Shown: piece after piece, positions 23,601 to 35,367 of the stretch | How the letters are laid out: each line of letters opens with the position of its first letter | Position numbering within the stretch: the stretch's first letter is position 1 | NCBI GenBank assembly: GCA_965240325.2 | Contig: OZ251247.1 | Location: forward strand, 744,001-808,000 | Length of the DNA stretch: 64,000 nucleotides | Direction of reading: 5' to 3' | DNA from: Rebecca billardiae RCC1528 | Lineage: Eukaryota; Protista; Haptophyta | Notes under the pieces: generated by a model | Seen by the model: the letters and a program-made list of their open reading frames with translations, nothing else | Database searches by the model: none | Told to the model about the DNA's origin: nothing | Position numbers and translations under genes: made by a program

Positions 23601-24039
23601 CTCGTGACGGCGACGACGGCGCAGCCACCGCCGCACCACGCGGATACGCGAGTGCGTGCCGAGGCTGTGCCGATCGGTGCACGAGCGGCCGCCAATCACT
23701 CGGCGCAGCATCAGCCCCCCTGTCGCGTCGCTGCCTGTCATACCACGATCACAGCAGCCCTGCCTGCCCCTGGCTTGACCAGCACTGCGTGCCCCGCAGC
23801 GTGCGTTCCGTGCACTCAGGAACGGCATGACACTGATGATGATTCTGGCTGGACGACTATTGATACGATGCCGCGCGACGAGAGGGTACGTATCGTAGCC
23901 TGACGAGCTATTGACGCGACATCCGCAGTGCGAGCGCCATGCTGGACCAAGCCGGAAGGTTGGTGTCGCCATCGCCAGCGCGGCACCGTTGCGACTTGTC
24001 ACTCGCCGGGCGCGACTCGTCGCGGTAAGCCTTGAAGGA

Positions 24040-25488
24040 ATGCCGTCGTCACCGCTGGCGCGCCTGCCACCGGAGCTGGTGGAGCGCATCCTCAGCCACC
24101 TCGACGACGCGCCCGACCTCGCCGCCGCCAACGGCACATCGCGCCTCTTCCGCGGCGTGCCACCCGCTGGCCGCTCGCCGGTCGAGCGCGCTCTGCGCGA
24201 GCGCGCACGCGCGCGGGGCCACGAGCGCGCGCTGCCGGCCGTGCTCCCGCCCAGCGCGTGCACGTGGACCGAGCTGCTGCTCGCGTTTGAGCGCGTGCAC
24301 TCGCTGGCGTGCGCGCACGCGAGCCCGATCGCGTGCCACTGCACTTTCAGTGCGTTTGTCGACGCGGAGGGCGGGCTGCACACGTGCGGCGAGGAGGAGG
24401 AGCGGGACGAGGACGAGTTGCCGCTGGATGAGCTCGCTGCGCCGTCAGCGCTGGGCCACGCGGATTCACCCGCGGTCGTGGTGCCGACGCGGGTCGCTTC
24501 GCTCGCCGCGGTGCGCGTCTGCTCTGTGGCGGCTGGCCGCTTCCACCTGCTCGCGCTGAGCGAGGCCGGTGCCGTGTACGGCTGCGGCGACAACTACAGC
24601 GGCAAGCTCGGGCTGGGGGACACGAAGGAGCGGCGGGTGTTTGAGCGGATACGCGGGCTGGAGCCCGAGCTCGTCGTGGCCATTGCCGCAGGCGATGCGC
24701 ACAGCCTCGCGCTCACAGCAGCGGGCTGCGCGTACAGCTGGGGCTGGAACGGGTTCGGCCAGCTCGGCCACGGCGACACGAAGGAGCGGCGGGAGCCGGC
24801 GCGCATCGAGGCGCTGGACGGCGTGCGCGTGGGCGGCATCTCTGGAGGGTGGTGGCACACGCTGCTGCTCTCGACAGCTGGCTCCGTGTACTCGTGCGGC
24901 ATCGGTAGCTCTGGCCAGCTGGGCCACGGCGACGAGCAGGATCAGCACACGCCGAGGCGCATCGAGGCGCTCGCGGGCGTGTGCGCCGTGCACGTGAGCG
25001 CTGGCGGGCGGCACAGCCTGGTGGTGGACCGCGAGGGGGCGGTGTGCTCTTTTGGCCATGGTACGTGCGGCCAGCTTGGGTACGATGACTGCCGTTTCCG
25101 GACGATGCCCACGCCCATCGAGGCGCTGACGGGCGTGCGCGCAGTGCGCGCGTGTGCAGGCCATTGCAGCAGCGCGGTGCTGGGCGCGGACGGCAGCGTG
25201 CACACGTTCGGGGACAACGTTGACGGCATGCTGGGCACCGGGCGCTTTGACAAAGGCGAGCCGGTGCCGACACGAGTGGCCGCCTTGGTGCACACGCGCG
25301 TGGTGCGCTGCGCCATGGGCAACTGCCACTCGCTGTTTGAGACGGCGTGCGGAGGCGTGTACGCGTGCGGAGAGCACTCAGCCGCGCTCGGCGTCGGCCT
25401 CAGCACCGCGGCTGTGGCTGTGGGCGACGAGCGGAGCCACGTGGCCACGCCTGCACTGGTCGGGTCCCTGCGCACCGCGTTCCGCTGA
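24040..25488 (+). CDS. F-box + RCC1-repeat protein, copy 6
   Basis: MPSSPLARLPPELVERILSHLDDAPDLAAANGTSRLFR; RCC1 repeats; ends SLRTAFR. Confidence 0.9.
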   Translation: MPSSPLARLPPELVERILSHLDDAPDLAAANGTSRLFRGVPPAGRSPVERALRERARARGHERALPAVLPPSACTWTELLLAFERVHSLACAHASPIACHCTFSAFVDAEGGLHTCGEEEERDEDELPLDELAAPSALGHADSPAVVVPTRVASLAAVRVCSVAAGRFHLLALSEAGAVYGCGDNYSGKLGLGDTKERRVFERIRGLEPELVVAIAAGDAHSLALTAAGCAYSWGWNGFGQLGHGDTKERREPARIEALDGVRVGGISGGWWHTLLLSTAGSVYSCGIGSSGQLGHGDEQDQHTPRRIEALAGVCAVHVSAGGRHSLVVDREGAVCSFGHGTCGQLGYDDCRFRTMPTPIEALTGVRAVRACAGHCSSAVLGADGSVHTFGDNVDGMLGTGRFDKGEPVPTRVAALVHTRVVRCAMGNCHSLFETACGGVYACGEHSAALGVGLSTAAVAVGDERSHVATPALVGSLRTAFR

Positions 25489-25980
25489 GCAGCAGGGCGC
25501 TGCCTGCTGCACACCCGCGCGCTGCCGTGCGTGCTGCACAGCTCCACAGTTTGAGCGGCAGTGTGCCGCGCTGACGACAACGTGTGACCGCGTGCCTCCT
25601 CATTCATCATCATGTTCGCCGCGATCGGGACCGGAGTCCGGACAGGCCGGACAGGCCGGACACGGCGTCGGATGATCCAGTCGCTCGTCTCGGGGCGTGG
25701 GGGTCAGCAGGTGTCTCGGATGACCAATGGTGCCAGCCGCGCCGCGTCCGCTGCTGCTGCCGATCCGAAGCGGCACTCAATGACTCAGCACCCGATGCGT
25801 CATCGCCGACGATCGCGGCGGGCTAGCGCGCTTGGCGCCGGTCGTCACCGCAGGCGCTGCCGATTTGCGCGCGCAATAAATGACGGCGCGGACGAATAAA
25901 CACTACGACTGCGCTGATAAATTGGCGGAGCGGCGTCCGCCTCCAGCCGGTCGGCGGCGTCCGTCGAACCTTGACGACGA

Positions 25981-27420
25981 ATGCCGCCACCGCTCGCGCG
26001 CCTGCCAGCGGAGCTGGTGGAGCGCATCCTCAGCCATCTCGACGACTTGCACGACCTCACCGCCGCCAACGCCACCTCGCGCCTCTTCCGTGGTGCGCCG
26101 CCCGCTGGCCGCTCGCCGATCGAGCTCGCTCTGCGCGAGCGCGCACGCGCGCGGGGCCACGAGCGCGCGCTGCCGGCCGTGCTCCCGCCCAGCGCGTGCA
26201 CGTGGACCGCGCTGTTGCTCGTGCGTGAGCGCGTGTACTCGCTGGCGTGCCTGCAAGCTTGCCCGGTTGCGTGCGGCTACGACTTCAGTGCGTTTGTGGA
26301 CGCGGAGGGCGGGCTGCATACGTGCGGCGAGGAGGAGGAGGTGGACGAGATCACCGGGGAGCTAACGGGAGAGCACGTTGCACCGACGGCGCTGGGTCAC
26401 GCGGATGCGGCCGTGGTCGTGGTGCCGACGCGCGTGGGCTCTCTGTCCGCGGTGCGCGTGGTCGCGGTGGCCTCTGGCAGCGGCCACCTGCTCGCGCTGA
26501 GCGATACTGGGATGGTGTACGGCTGCGGCGACAACTACCACGGCCAGCTCGGGCTGGGGGATAGAAAGGGGCGGCGTTTGTTCGCCGTTGCCACAGCCCT
26601 GCGTGCCGATGTCGTCGTGGCCGTCGCGGCCGGCTTCTGCCATAGCCTCGCGCTCACCTCCGCTGGCTGTGCGTACAGCTGGGGCGCCAACGAGTGCGGC
26701 CAGCTCGGCCACGGCGACAGGAAGGAGCGGTGGGAGCCGACGCGCATCGAGGCGCTGGACGGCGTGCGCGTGGGCGGTGTTTCAGCTGGTGATAGACACA
26801 CGCTGCTACTCTCGACCAGTGGGGCCGTGTACTCGTGCGGCAGTGGCTCCTGTGGCGAGCTTGGCCACGGCGACCGGCAGGATCAGCTCGCACCGAGGCG
26901 CATCGAGGCGCTCGCTGGCGTGCGCGCCGTGCACGTGAACGCGGGCAGTTACCACAGCCTGGTGGTGGGTGCGGATGGCGTCGTGCGTTCGTTCGGCTCG
27001 GGGCGTGACGGGGAGCTGGGGCACGGCGATGGGTTCGCCAGCGCCGTGCCCGAGCGCATCGAGGCGTTGGCGGGCGTGCATGCAGTGTGTGCGTGCGCTG
27101 GCGAAGACAGCAGCGCGGTGCTAGGCGCGGACGGCAGCATGCACGCGTTTGGGGACAACAGGTACGGCCGGCTGGGCACCGGGCACACGGTTCGTTACGA
27201 GATGGCGCCTGCACTGCTGGCAGCGTTGGCGCACACGCGCGTGGTGCGCTGTGCCACGAGCATGTGCCACTCGCTGTTTGAGACGGCGGACGGAGACGTG
27301 TACGCGTGCGGAGAGCAGGGTGGCGCGCTCGGCCTCGGCCTCCGCATGGCTGCCGGCGACGAGCGGAGCCACGTGGCAACGCCTGCATTGGTCGGGTCCC
27401 GGCGGAGCGCGTTCCGCTGA
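25981..27420 (+). CDS. F-box + RCC1-repeat protein, copy 7
   Basis: MPPPLARLPAELVERIL; RCC1 repeats; almost identical to copy 9. Confidence 0.9.
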   Translation: MPPPLARLPAELVERILSHLDDLHDLTAANATSRLFRGAPPAGRSPIELALRERARARGHERALPAVLPPSACTWTALLLVRERVYSLACLQACPVACGYDFSAFVDAEGGLHTCGEEEEVDEITGELTGEHVAPTALGHADAAVVVVPTRVGSLSAVRVVAVASGSGHLLALSDTGMVYGCGDNYHGQLGLGDRKGRRLFAVATALRADVVVAVAAGFCHSLALTSAGCAYSWGANECGQLGHGDRKERWEPTRIEALDGVRVGGVSAGDRHTLLLSTSGAVYSCGSGSCGELGHGDRQDQLAPRRIEALAGVRAVHVNAGSYHSLVVGADGVVRSFGSGRDGELGHGDGFASAVPERIEALAGVHAVCACAGEDSSAVLGADGSMHAFGDNRYGRLGTGHTVRYEMAPALLAALAHTRVVRCATSMCHSLFETADGDVYACGEQGGALGLGLRMAAGDERSHVATPALVGSRRSAFR

Positions 27421-27553
27421 GCAGCAGGTCGCTGCCAGCTACACACCTGCGCACTGCCGTACGCGCCCGAGCTGCATTGTAGCACAGCTCCCCAGCTTTG
27501 AGCGGCAGTGTGGCCGCTGCCGATAACGTGCGATGACGTGCCGCCACAGCATC

Positions 27554-29504
27554 TAGGTGGGTCCCTCCCAACTGGGGCGATGTTCTGGCGCACTCAGAAT
27601 GGCGTCCTAGATTTCGTCTCTCACCCAGAATCGACGCTATAAATGCGTCCCATCGGGGCGGAGCAAAAGTTTCGACCTCAAAACCTACTCCGCGTGCCGT
27701 CGCGCGGCCGAGCGCGCGCGCGCCGCGCCACTAGTGTCACATAGAGATTTTGCGTGAGCGTTACTTGATGGTTATGGTGGCTAGATGGCGACATGCGATC
27801 GGAACGACTTATTGGCAACCGTTGACACCCGACCGAACCATTTTATGAAGCAAAGAGTGGGGCTCTATGCTGTGCGCGGATACCTCCAACAAACTACAGC
27901 AAGATCGAGCAGATTACCCACTTTGTATATACCAATTACCCGTATATAGAACGACGGTTACCCACTTTATATTGACCGTGGATGTGGCTCACTATATATT
28001 CAAATTCGTTCCGATATGTGGGTACGTTTGTTGGGTCATCGAATAGGCGCCGAGCGACGCGGACACAGGCAAACCGGGCCGCAACCGGACTGCCTGCGAG
28101 TGGCAGTGTTTGTGGCGGGCTGCGTGCCGAGGCACGCATCATCGCCCGCCACCGAGCATGCCACCGTCGTCACACGGGAGCCCTCCGCCGTCGAGGCTGG
28201 ACTATCAGCCAACGCCACCGCCGGAGCTTGCCGCGCTCGGCGGCTTCCGTGCTCGTACTCCGCGTGTCACCGGTCGTCGTATGCCCACCCGCGTGAGGCC
28301 GCCACCAGTCCACGACTACCGCAGCTGCAGCCCATGCCGTCGACGATACCTCCTACAATCTTCTTGCCAGGCAGCAATACGATAGGTTCACCGACGCTGC
28401 TGCTAGGCTGAGAGCACTCAGCCAGTTGGCCGGCGAGACGTCAGATGGTTGAGCTGCTGGCCTAGCCATCACGTTGCGGCTTCCGCTCGCTCAAGTACAC
28501 CCAACGTGACGACGAGAACGTGCTGGGCAATCATCAGACATGCGTCTGAGGGGTCGACCACGCCTAGCCGTAGATTTGCTGAGTACGAGTCTTCGCAGAT
28601 AACAAGCGGAACGAGTGGGACCACCCGATGGCAGGAGCAACAGCGTGGGGTGGCACCCGCGCCTGTCAACGCGACCGCGTTCTGTCAAGAATGGACCCAT
28701 ATCCTGCGACCACGCTCGAGCACCGCATATTATGCCCACACTCGGCATAGGGAAGGATCGCTGAGCGCCTGCTGCCGCTGTCAAAGGCCCTGCTGATCTT
28801 CCTGGCGCTTGATCGTGCACACGGATGGCAAGTCAGCGTGCTCGATGCACATCGCGGCGGCTTCTCAGCATCCCAAGTCCTCAGTGCACCCATCCCAGGC
28901 CTGCTGGTCGATGATTGGTACCAACCCCCACCAAACACGCCCTCTCGGAAGTCGCCAATCGCTCACATGGCTCCCCGAGAGCCCGGGGCTGGCTGTCGTG
29001 CGTTCTCACGAGCAGCTTGCGCGCAGCCCAATTGTCACCTTCACGGTGCGTAGAGCTGCTCAAGATGGCGGGAGCGTCAAGAGTATGCACATGCCTGATG
29101 GTGACCCATGCCTCCCGTCGCCTGACCCGCCTGTAGCGAAAAGTGACCCTGCTCGAAGGCACGGGTCGAACACCTGCCGATCGATTCAAGTTGTCTGTAC
29201 GCGTCTAGCCGGGCGAGAGTCAAACATGCGGGCACGTGCCAGGCGGGGGATGTGTGACCACGGATCCCATCCGTGAGCACGCGCAAAGCGCTGGAGCGCG
29301 CGATAGGTGTTGGCAGTAGTCTACCCGACACACGGCGGCTCGGTCGCGCTGGAGAGGCACTCCGACATCGTCGGGAGCGTTCAGATCGGACCTCGGCCGG
29401 CGGCCCGGCGATTTTCCCGAGCCGCGCCCCGCGCGAAAGAAATCCGGCCAGAGAACCCGGTAAATGTTTAAAAGACCGCTGGAAAATCGCCAGGGACCCA
29501 CCTA
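27554..29504. mobile_element. 1951-bp non-autonomous DNA transposon, 13-bp TIR, 7-bp TSD
   Basis: TAGGTGGGTCCCT (27554-27566) and AGGGACCCACCTA (29492-29504), flanked by CAGCATC at 27547-27553 and 29505-29511. The empty site CCGCCACAGCATCATGATTC is present after copies 9, 10, 11 and 12. No recognisable transposase. Confidence 0.93.
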
Positions 29505-29940
29505 CAGCATCATGATTCATGTCCGCCTTGATCGGGCCCGGACGCGGTCACGGCGTCGGATCGGATCCAGTCGCTCGTCTCCGGAGTCCGGGCATGGTGA
29601 CCGAGGCGTCACGCGGATGAACATGGGTGCCAGCCGCGCCGCGTGGCTGCCCGTCCGACGCGGCACTTAGCAATGACGACTCATCACCAATACATCATCA
29701 TCAGCCGATGCGGCATCGCGGCGGGCTGAAAAGACTTCTTGGCGCGGGTCATTCGGGCGCAAATCACGGCGCGCGGAATAGCGGATGGGTCGCGATAGCG
29801 GATTAGCGCGCGCGCGAGGAATAAATAATAAACTCCGCGCTTGTCATGGTGAGCGGGCTGAGCGGCCAACCGTCGTCCCCGTCCTCGAATTTCCGCCGTC
29901 TCTCCCGCTCTCGGTCGCGGCGTCGAGCCTTGAACGACGA

Positions 29941-31410
29941 ATGCCGCCATCACCGCTGGCGCGCCTGCCAGCGGAGCTGGTGGAGCGCATCCTCAGCCAC
30001 CTCGACGACGCGCACGACCTCGCCGCCGCCAACGGCACATCGCGCCTCTTCCGCGGCGTGCCACCCGCCGGCCGCTCGCCGGTCGAGCGCGCTCTGCGCG
30101 AGCGCGCACGCGCGCGGGGCCACGAGTGCGCGCTGCCGGCCGTGCTCCCTCCTGACGTGCGCACGTGGACCGAGCTGCTGCTGGCGTTTGAGCGCGTGCA
30201 CTCGCTGGCGTGCGCGCACGCGAGCCCGATCGCGTGCCACTGCACTTTCAGCGCGTTTGTGGACGCGGAGGGCGGGCTGCACACGTGCGGCGAGGAGGAG
30301 GTGCTGGACGAGGTTGGCGATGCGACGGGCGAGATCGCCCCCCCGCCGGCACTGGGCCACGTGGGTGCACACGCCGCGGTCGTGGTGCCGACGCGCGTGG
30401 CATCGCTCTCCGCGGTGCGCGTCTGCTCTGTGGCGGCTGGCCGCTTCCACCTGCTCGCGCTGAGCGAGGCCGGTGCCGTGTACGGCTGCGGCGACAACTA
30501 CGGCGGCCAGCTTGGGCTGGGTGACACGAAGGAGCGGCGGGCGTTCGAGCTGATTCGTGGTCTGGAGGTCCAGTGCGTGACATGCGTAGCTGCTGGCAGC
30601 CATCACAGCCTCGCGCTCACCTCCGCTGGCTGCGCGTACAGCTGGGGCGCCAACAACTGCGGCCAGCTCGGCCACGGCGACATGAAGCAGCGGCTGGAGC
30701 CGACGCGCATCGAGGCGCTCGACGGCGTGCGCGTGGGCGGCATCTGCGGAGGGGCTAGCCACACGCTGCTGCTCTCGACCGGCGGTGCCGTGCACTCGTG
30801 CGGTCTCGGCGACATGGCTCAGCTCGGCCACGGTGACTTGCAGGATCAGCACACGCCGAGGCACATCGAGGCGCTCGCGGGCGTGCGCGCCGTGCACGTG
30901 AGCGCGGGCATGAGGCACAGCCTGGTGGTGGACCGCGAGGGGGCGGTGCACTCGTTTGGTCGTGGGGCGTACGGCCAGCTTGGGCACGGCGACGACCTTG
31001 AGTACGATGACTGCCGTTTCCGGGCGATGCCCACGCCCATCGAGGCGCTGACGGGCGTGCGCGCAGTGCGCGCGTGTGCAGGCCATTGCAGCAGCGCGGT
31101 GCTGGGCGCGGACGGCAGCGTGCACACGTTCGGGGACAACGTTGACGGCATGCTGGGCACCGGGCGCTTTGACAAAGGCGAGCCGGTGCCGACACGAGTG
31201 GCCGCCTTGGAGCACACGCGCGTGGTGCGCTGCGCCAGGGGCAACTGCCACTCGCTGTTTGAGACGGCGTGCGGAGACGTGTACGCGTGCGGAGAGCACT
31301 CAGCCGCGCTCGGCGTCGGCCTCAGCACCGCGGCTGTGGCTGTGGGCGACGAGCGGAGCCACGTGGCCACGCCTGCACTGGTCGGGTCCCTGCGCACCGC
31401 GTTCCGCTGA
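29941..31410 (+). CDS. F-box + RCC1-repeat protein, copy 8
   Basis: Both ends match copy 6; the central blades differ. Confidence 0.9.
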   Translation: MPPSPLARLPAELVERILSHLDDAHDLAAANGTSRLFRGVPPAGRSPVERALRERARARGHECALPAVLPPDVRTWTELLLAFERVHSLACAHASPIACHCTFSAFVDAEGGLHTCGEEEVLDEVGDATGEIAPPPALGHVGAHAAVVVPTRVASLSAVRVCSVAAGRFHLLALSEAGAVYGCGDNYGGQLGLGDTKERRAFELIRGLEVQCVTCVAAGSHHSLALTSAGCAYSWGANNCGQLGHGDMKQRLEPTRIEALDGVRVGGICGGASHTLLLSTGGAVHSCGLGDMAQLGHGDLQDQHTPRHIEALAGVRAVHVSAGMRHSLVVDREGAVHSFGRGAYGQLGHGDDLEYDDCRFRAMPTPIEALTGVRAVRACAGHCSSAVLGADGSVHTFGDNVDGMLGTGRFDKGEPVPTRVAALEHTRVVRCARGNCHSLFETACGDVYACGEHSAALGVGLSTAAVAVGDERSHVATPALVGSLRTAFR

Positions 31411-33471
31411 GCAGCAGGGCGCTGCCTGCTGCACACCCGCGCGCTGCCGTGCGTGCTGCACAGCTCCACAGTTTGAGCGGCAGTGTGCCGCGCTGACGAC
31501 AACGTGTGACCGCGTGCCTCCTCATTCATCATCATGTTCGCCGCGATCGGGACCGGAGTCCGGACAGGCCGGACAGGCCGGACACGGCGTCGGATGATCC
31601 AGTCGCTCGTCTCGGGGCGTGGGGGTCAGCAGGTGTCTCGGATGACCAATGGTGCCAGCCGCGCCGCGTCCGCTGCTGCTGCCGATCCGAAGCGGCACTC
31701 AATGACTCAGCACCCGATGCGTCATCGCCGACGATCGCGGCGGGCTAGCGCGCTTGGCGCCGGTCGTCACCGCAGGCGCTGCCGATTTGCGCGCGCAATA
31801 AATGACGGCGCGGACGAATAAACACTACGACTGCGCTGATAAATTGGCGGAGCGGCGTCCGCCTCCAGCCGGTCGGCGGCGTCGAACCTTGACGACGAAT
31901 GCCGCCACCGCTCGCGCGCCTGCCAGCGGAGCTGGTGGAGCGCATCCTCAGCCATCTCGACGACTTGCACGACCTCACCGCCGCCAACGCCACCTCGCGC
32001 CTCTTCCGTGGTGCGCCGCCCGCTGGCCGCTCGCCGGTCGAGCTCGCTCTGCGCGAGCGCGCACGCGCGCGGGGCCACGAGCGCGCGCTGCCGGCCGTGC
32101 TCCCGCCCAGCGCGTGCACGTGGACCGCGCTGTTGCTCGTGCGTGAGCGCGTGTACTCGCTGGCGTGCCTGCAAGCTTGCCCGGTTGCGTGCGGCTACGA
32201 CTTCAGTGCGTTTGTGGACGCGGAGGGCGGGCTGCATACGTGCGGCGAGGAGGAGGAGGTGGACGAGATCACCGGGGAGCTAACGGGAGAGCACGTTGCA
32301 CCGACGGCGCTGGGTCACGCGGATGCGGCCGTGGTCGTGGTGCCGACGCGCGTGGGCTCTCTGTCCGCGGTGCGCGTGGTCGCGGTGGCCTCTGGCAGCG
32401 GCCACCTGCTCGCGCTGAGCGATACTGGGATGGTGTACGGCTGCGGCGACAACTACCACGGCCAGCTCGGGCTGGGGGATAGAAAGGGGCGGCGTTTGTT
32501 CGCCGTTGCCACAGCCCTGCGTGCCGATGTCGTCGTGGCCGTCGCGGCCGGCTTCTGCCATAGCCTCGCGCTCACCTCCGCTGGCTGTGCGTACAGCTGG
32601 GGCGCCAACGAGTGCGGCCAGCTCGGCCACGGCGACAGGAAGGAGCGGTGGGAGCCGACGCGCATCGAGGCGCTGGACGGCGTGCGCGTGGGCGGTGTTT
32701 CAGCTGGTGATAGACACACGCTGCTACTCTCGACCAGTGGGGCCGTGTACTCGTGCGGCAGTGGCTCCTGTGGCGAGCTTGGCCACGGCGACCGGCAGGA
32801 TCAGCTCGCGCCGAGGCGCATCGAGGCGCTCGCTGGCGTGCGCGCCGTGCACGTGAACGCGGGCAGTTACCACAGCCTGGTGGTGGGTGCGGATGGCGTC
32901 GTGCGTTCGTTCGGCTCGGGGCGTGACGGGGAGCTGGGGCACGGCGATGGGTTCGCCAGCGCCGTGCCCGAGCGCATCGAGGCGTTGGCGGGCGTGCATG
33001 CAGTGTGTGCGTGCGCTGGCGAAGACAGCAGCGCGGTGCTAGGCGCGGACGGCAGCATGCACGCGTTTGGGGACAACAGGTACGGCCGGCTGGGCACCGG
33101 GCACACGGTTCGTTACGAGATGGCGCCTGCACTGCTGGCAGCGTTGGCGCACACGCGCGTGGTGCGCTGTGCCACGAGCACGTGCCACTCGCTGTTTGAG
33201 ACGGCTGACGGAGACGTGTACGCGTGCGGAGTGCAGGGTGGCGCGCTCGGCCTCGGCCTCCGCATGGCTGCCGGCGACGAGCGGAGCCACGTGGCCACGC
33301 CTGCATTGGTCGGGTCCCGGCGGAGCGCGTTCCGCTGAGCAGCAGGTCGCTGCCAGCTACACACCTGCGCACTGCCGTACGCGCCCGAGCTGCATTGCAG
33401 CACAGCTCCCCAGCTTTGAGCGGCAGTGTGGCCGCTGCCGATAACGTGCGATGACGTGCCGCCACAGCATC
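31003..33471 (+). repeat. Near-identical segmental duplicate of ~25081-27553 (end of copy 6, spacer, copy 7)
   Basis: Continuous match from TACGATGACTGCCGTTTCCGG through the spacer and next gene, with only scattered differences. Confidence 0.9.
31899..33338 (+). CDS. F-box + RCC1-repeat protein, copy 9
   Basis: 479 aa; differs from copy 7 at only a few residues (PI/PV, SM/ST, GE/GV). Confidence 0.9.
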   Translation: MPPPLARLPAELVERILSHLDDLHDLTAANATSRLFRGAPPAGRSPVELALRERARARGHERALPAVLPPSACTWTALLLVRERVYSLACLQACPVACGYDFSAFVDAEGGLHTCGEEEEVDEITGELTGEHVAPTALGHADAAVVVVPTRVGSLSAVRVVAVASGSGHLLALSDTGMVYGCGDNYHGQLGLGDRKGRRLFAVATALRADVVVAVAAGFCHSLALTSAGCAYSWGANECGQLGHGDRKERWEPTRIEALDGVRVGGVSAGDRHTLLLSTSGAVYSCGSGSCGELGHGDRQDQLAPRRIEALAGVRAVHVNAGSYHSLVVGADGVVRSFGSGRDGELGHGDGFASAVPERIEALAGVHAVCACAGEDSSAVLGADGSMHAFGDNRYGRLGTGHTVRYEMAPALLAALAHTRVVRCATSTCHSLFETADGDVYACGVQGGALGLGLRMAAGDERSHVATPALVGSRRSAFR

Positions 33472-33796
33472 ATGATTCATGTCCGCCTTGATCGGGCCCG
33501 GACGCGGTCACGGCGTCGGATGATGACGATCCAGTCGCTCGTCTCCGGAGTCACTCAGTCCGCCGTCCGGGCATGGTGACAGGCGTCTCGGATCAACATG
33601 GGTGCCAGCCGCGCCGCGCCACGTGGCTGCCCGTCCGACGCGGCACTTAGCAAATAGCAATGACTCATCACCAATACATCAGCCGATGCGGCATCGCGGC
33701 GGGCTAAATAGACTTCTTGGCGCGGGTCATTCGGGCGCAAATCACGGCGCGCGGAATAGCGGATGGGTCGCGATATAGCGCCAGCGGATTAGCGCG

Positions 33797-33845
33797 CGCG
33801 CGAGGAATAAATATTATAATAAACTCCGCGCTTGTCATGGTGAGC
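33797..33845 (+). promoter_or_regulatory. Conserved AT-rich upstream box (GAGGAATAAATAATAAACTCCGCGCTTGTCATGG), candidate core promoter
   Basis: Recurs about 110-145 bp upstream of the ATG of copies 8, 10, 11, 12 and 13 (near 29816, 33802, 35783, 37785, 39786). It is the main AT-rich patch in these spacers, but its conservation may only reflect recent duplication. Confidence 0.35.
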
Positions 33846-33924
33846 GTGGCCAACCGTCGTCCCCCTCATCGAATTTTCGCCGTCTCTCCCGCTCTCGGTC
33901 GCGGCGTCGAGCCTTGAACGACGA

Positions 33925-35367
33925 ATGCCGCCATCACCGCTGTCGCGCCTGCCAGCGGAGCTGGTGGAGCGCATCCTCAGCCACCTCGACGACGCGCACG
34001 ACCTCGCCGCCGCCAACGGCACATCGCGCCTCTTCCGTGGTGCGCCGCCCGCTGGCCGCTCGCCGGTCGAGCTCGCTCTGCGCGAGCGCGCACGCGCGCG
34101 GGGCCACGAGCGCGCGCTGCCGGCCGTGCTCCCGCCCAGCGCGTGCACGTGGACCGCGCTGTTGCTCGTGCGTGAGCGCGTGCACTCGCTGGCGTGCCTG
34201 CAAGCTTGCCCGATTGCGTGCGGCTACGGCTTCAGTGCATTTGTGGACGCGGAGGGCGGGCTGCATACGTGCGGCGAGGAGGAGGTGCAGGACGACGACA
34301 CCGGGGAGCCCACGGGAGAGCACGTTGCACCGACGGCGCTGGGTCACGCGGATGCGGCCGTGGTCGTCGTGCCGACGCGCGTGGGCTCTCTTTCCGCGGT
34401 GCGCGTGGTCGCGGTGGCCTCTGGCAGCGGCCACCTGCTCGCGCTGAGCGATACTGGGATGGTGTACGGCTGCGGCGACAACGGTTACGGCCAGCTCGGG
34501 CTGGGGGATAGAAAGGGGCGGCGTTTGTTCGCCGTTGCCACAGCCCTGCGTGCCGATGTCGTCGTGGCCGTCGCGGCCGGCTTCTGCCATAGCCTCGCGC
34601 TCACCTCCGCTGGCTGTGCGTACAGCTGGGGCCACAACCACCGCGGCCAGCTCGGCCACGGCGACACTAAGCAGCGGTGGGAGCCGACGCGCATCGAGGC
34701 GCTGGACGGCGTGTGCGTGGGCGGTGTTTCATCTAGTGATGGACACACGCTGCTGCTGTCTGCAAGCGGTGCTGTCTTCTCGTTCGGACTCGGCTCCTGT
34801 GGCCAGCTCGGCCACGGCGACGAGCAGGATGAGCTCACGCCGAGGCGCATCGAGGCGCTCGCTGGCGTACGCGCCGTGCACGTGAGTGCGGGCAGTTACC
34901 ACAGCCTGGTGGTGGATGCGGATGGCGTCGTGCGTTCGTTCGGCTCGGGACGTGACGGGCAGCTGGGGCACGGCGATGGGTTTGCCAGCGCCGTGCCCGA
35001 GCGCATCGAGGCGCTGGCGGGCGTGCATGCAGTGTGTGCGTGCGCTGGCGAAGGCAGCAGCGCGGTGCTGGGCGCGGACGGCAGCATGCACGCGTTTGGG
35101 GACAACTGGTACGGCCAGCTGGGCACCGGGCACACGGTTCGTTTCGAGATGGCGCCTGCACGGCTGGCAGCGTTGGCGCACACGCGCGTGGTGCGCTGCG
35201 CCACGGGCATAAGCCACTCGCTGTTTGAGACGGCGGACGGAGACGTGTACGCGTGCGGAGAGCAGGGTGGCGCGCTCGGCCTCGGCCTCCGCATGGCTGC
35301 CGGCGACGAGCGGAGCCACGTGGCCACGCCTGCATTGGTCGGGTCCCGGCGGAGCGCGTTCCGCTGA
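33925..35367 (+). CDS. F-box + RCC1-repeat protein, copy 10
   Basis: 480 aa; sister of copy 11. Confidence 0.9.
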   Translation: MPPSPLSRLPAELVERILSHLDDAHDLAAANGTSRLFRGAPPAGRSPVELALRERARARGHERALPAVLPPSACTWTALLLVRERVHSLACLQACPIACGYGFSAFVDAEGGLHTCGEEEVQDDDTGEPTGEHVAPTALGHADAAVVVVPTRVGSLSAVRVVAVASGSGHLLALSDTGMVYGCGDNGYGQLGLGDRKGRRLFAVATALRADVVVAVAAGFCHSLALTSAGCAYSWGHNHRGQLGHGDTKQRWEPTRIEALDGVCVGGVSSSDGHTLLLSASGAVFSFGLGSCGQLGHGDEQDELTPRRIEALAGVRAVHVSAGSYHSLVVDADGVVRSFGSGRDGQLGHGDGFASAVPERIEALAGVHAVCACAGEGSSAVLGADGSMHAFGDNWYGQLGTGHTVRFEMAPARLAALAHTRVVRCATGISHSLFETADGDVYACGEQGGALGLGLRMAAGDERSHVATPALVGSRRSAFR

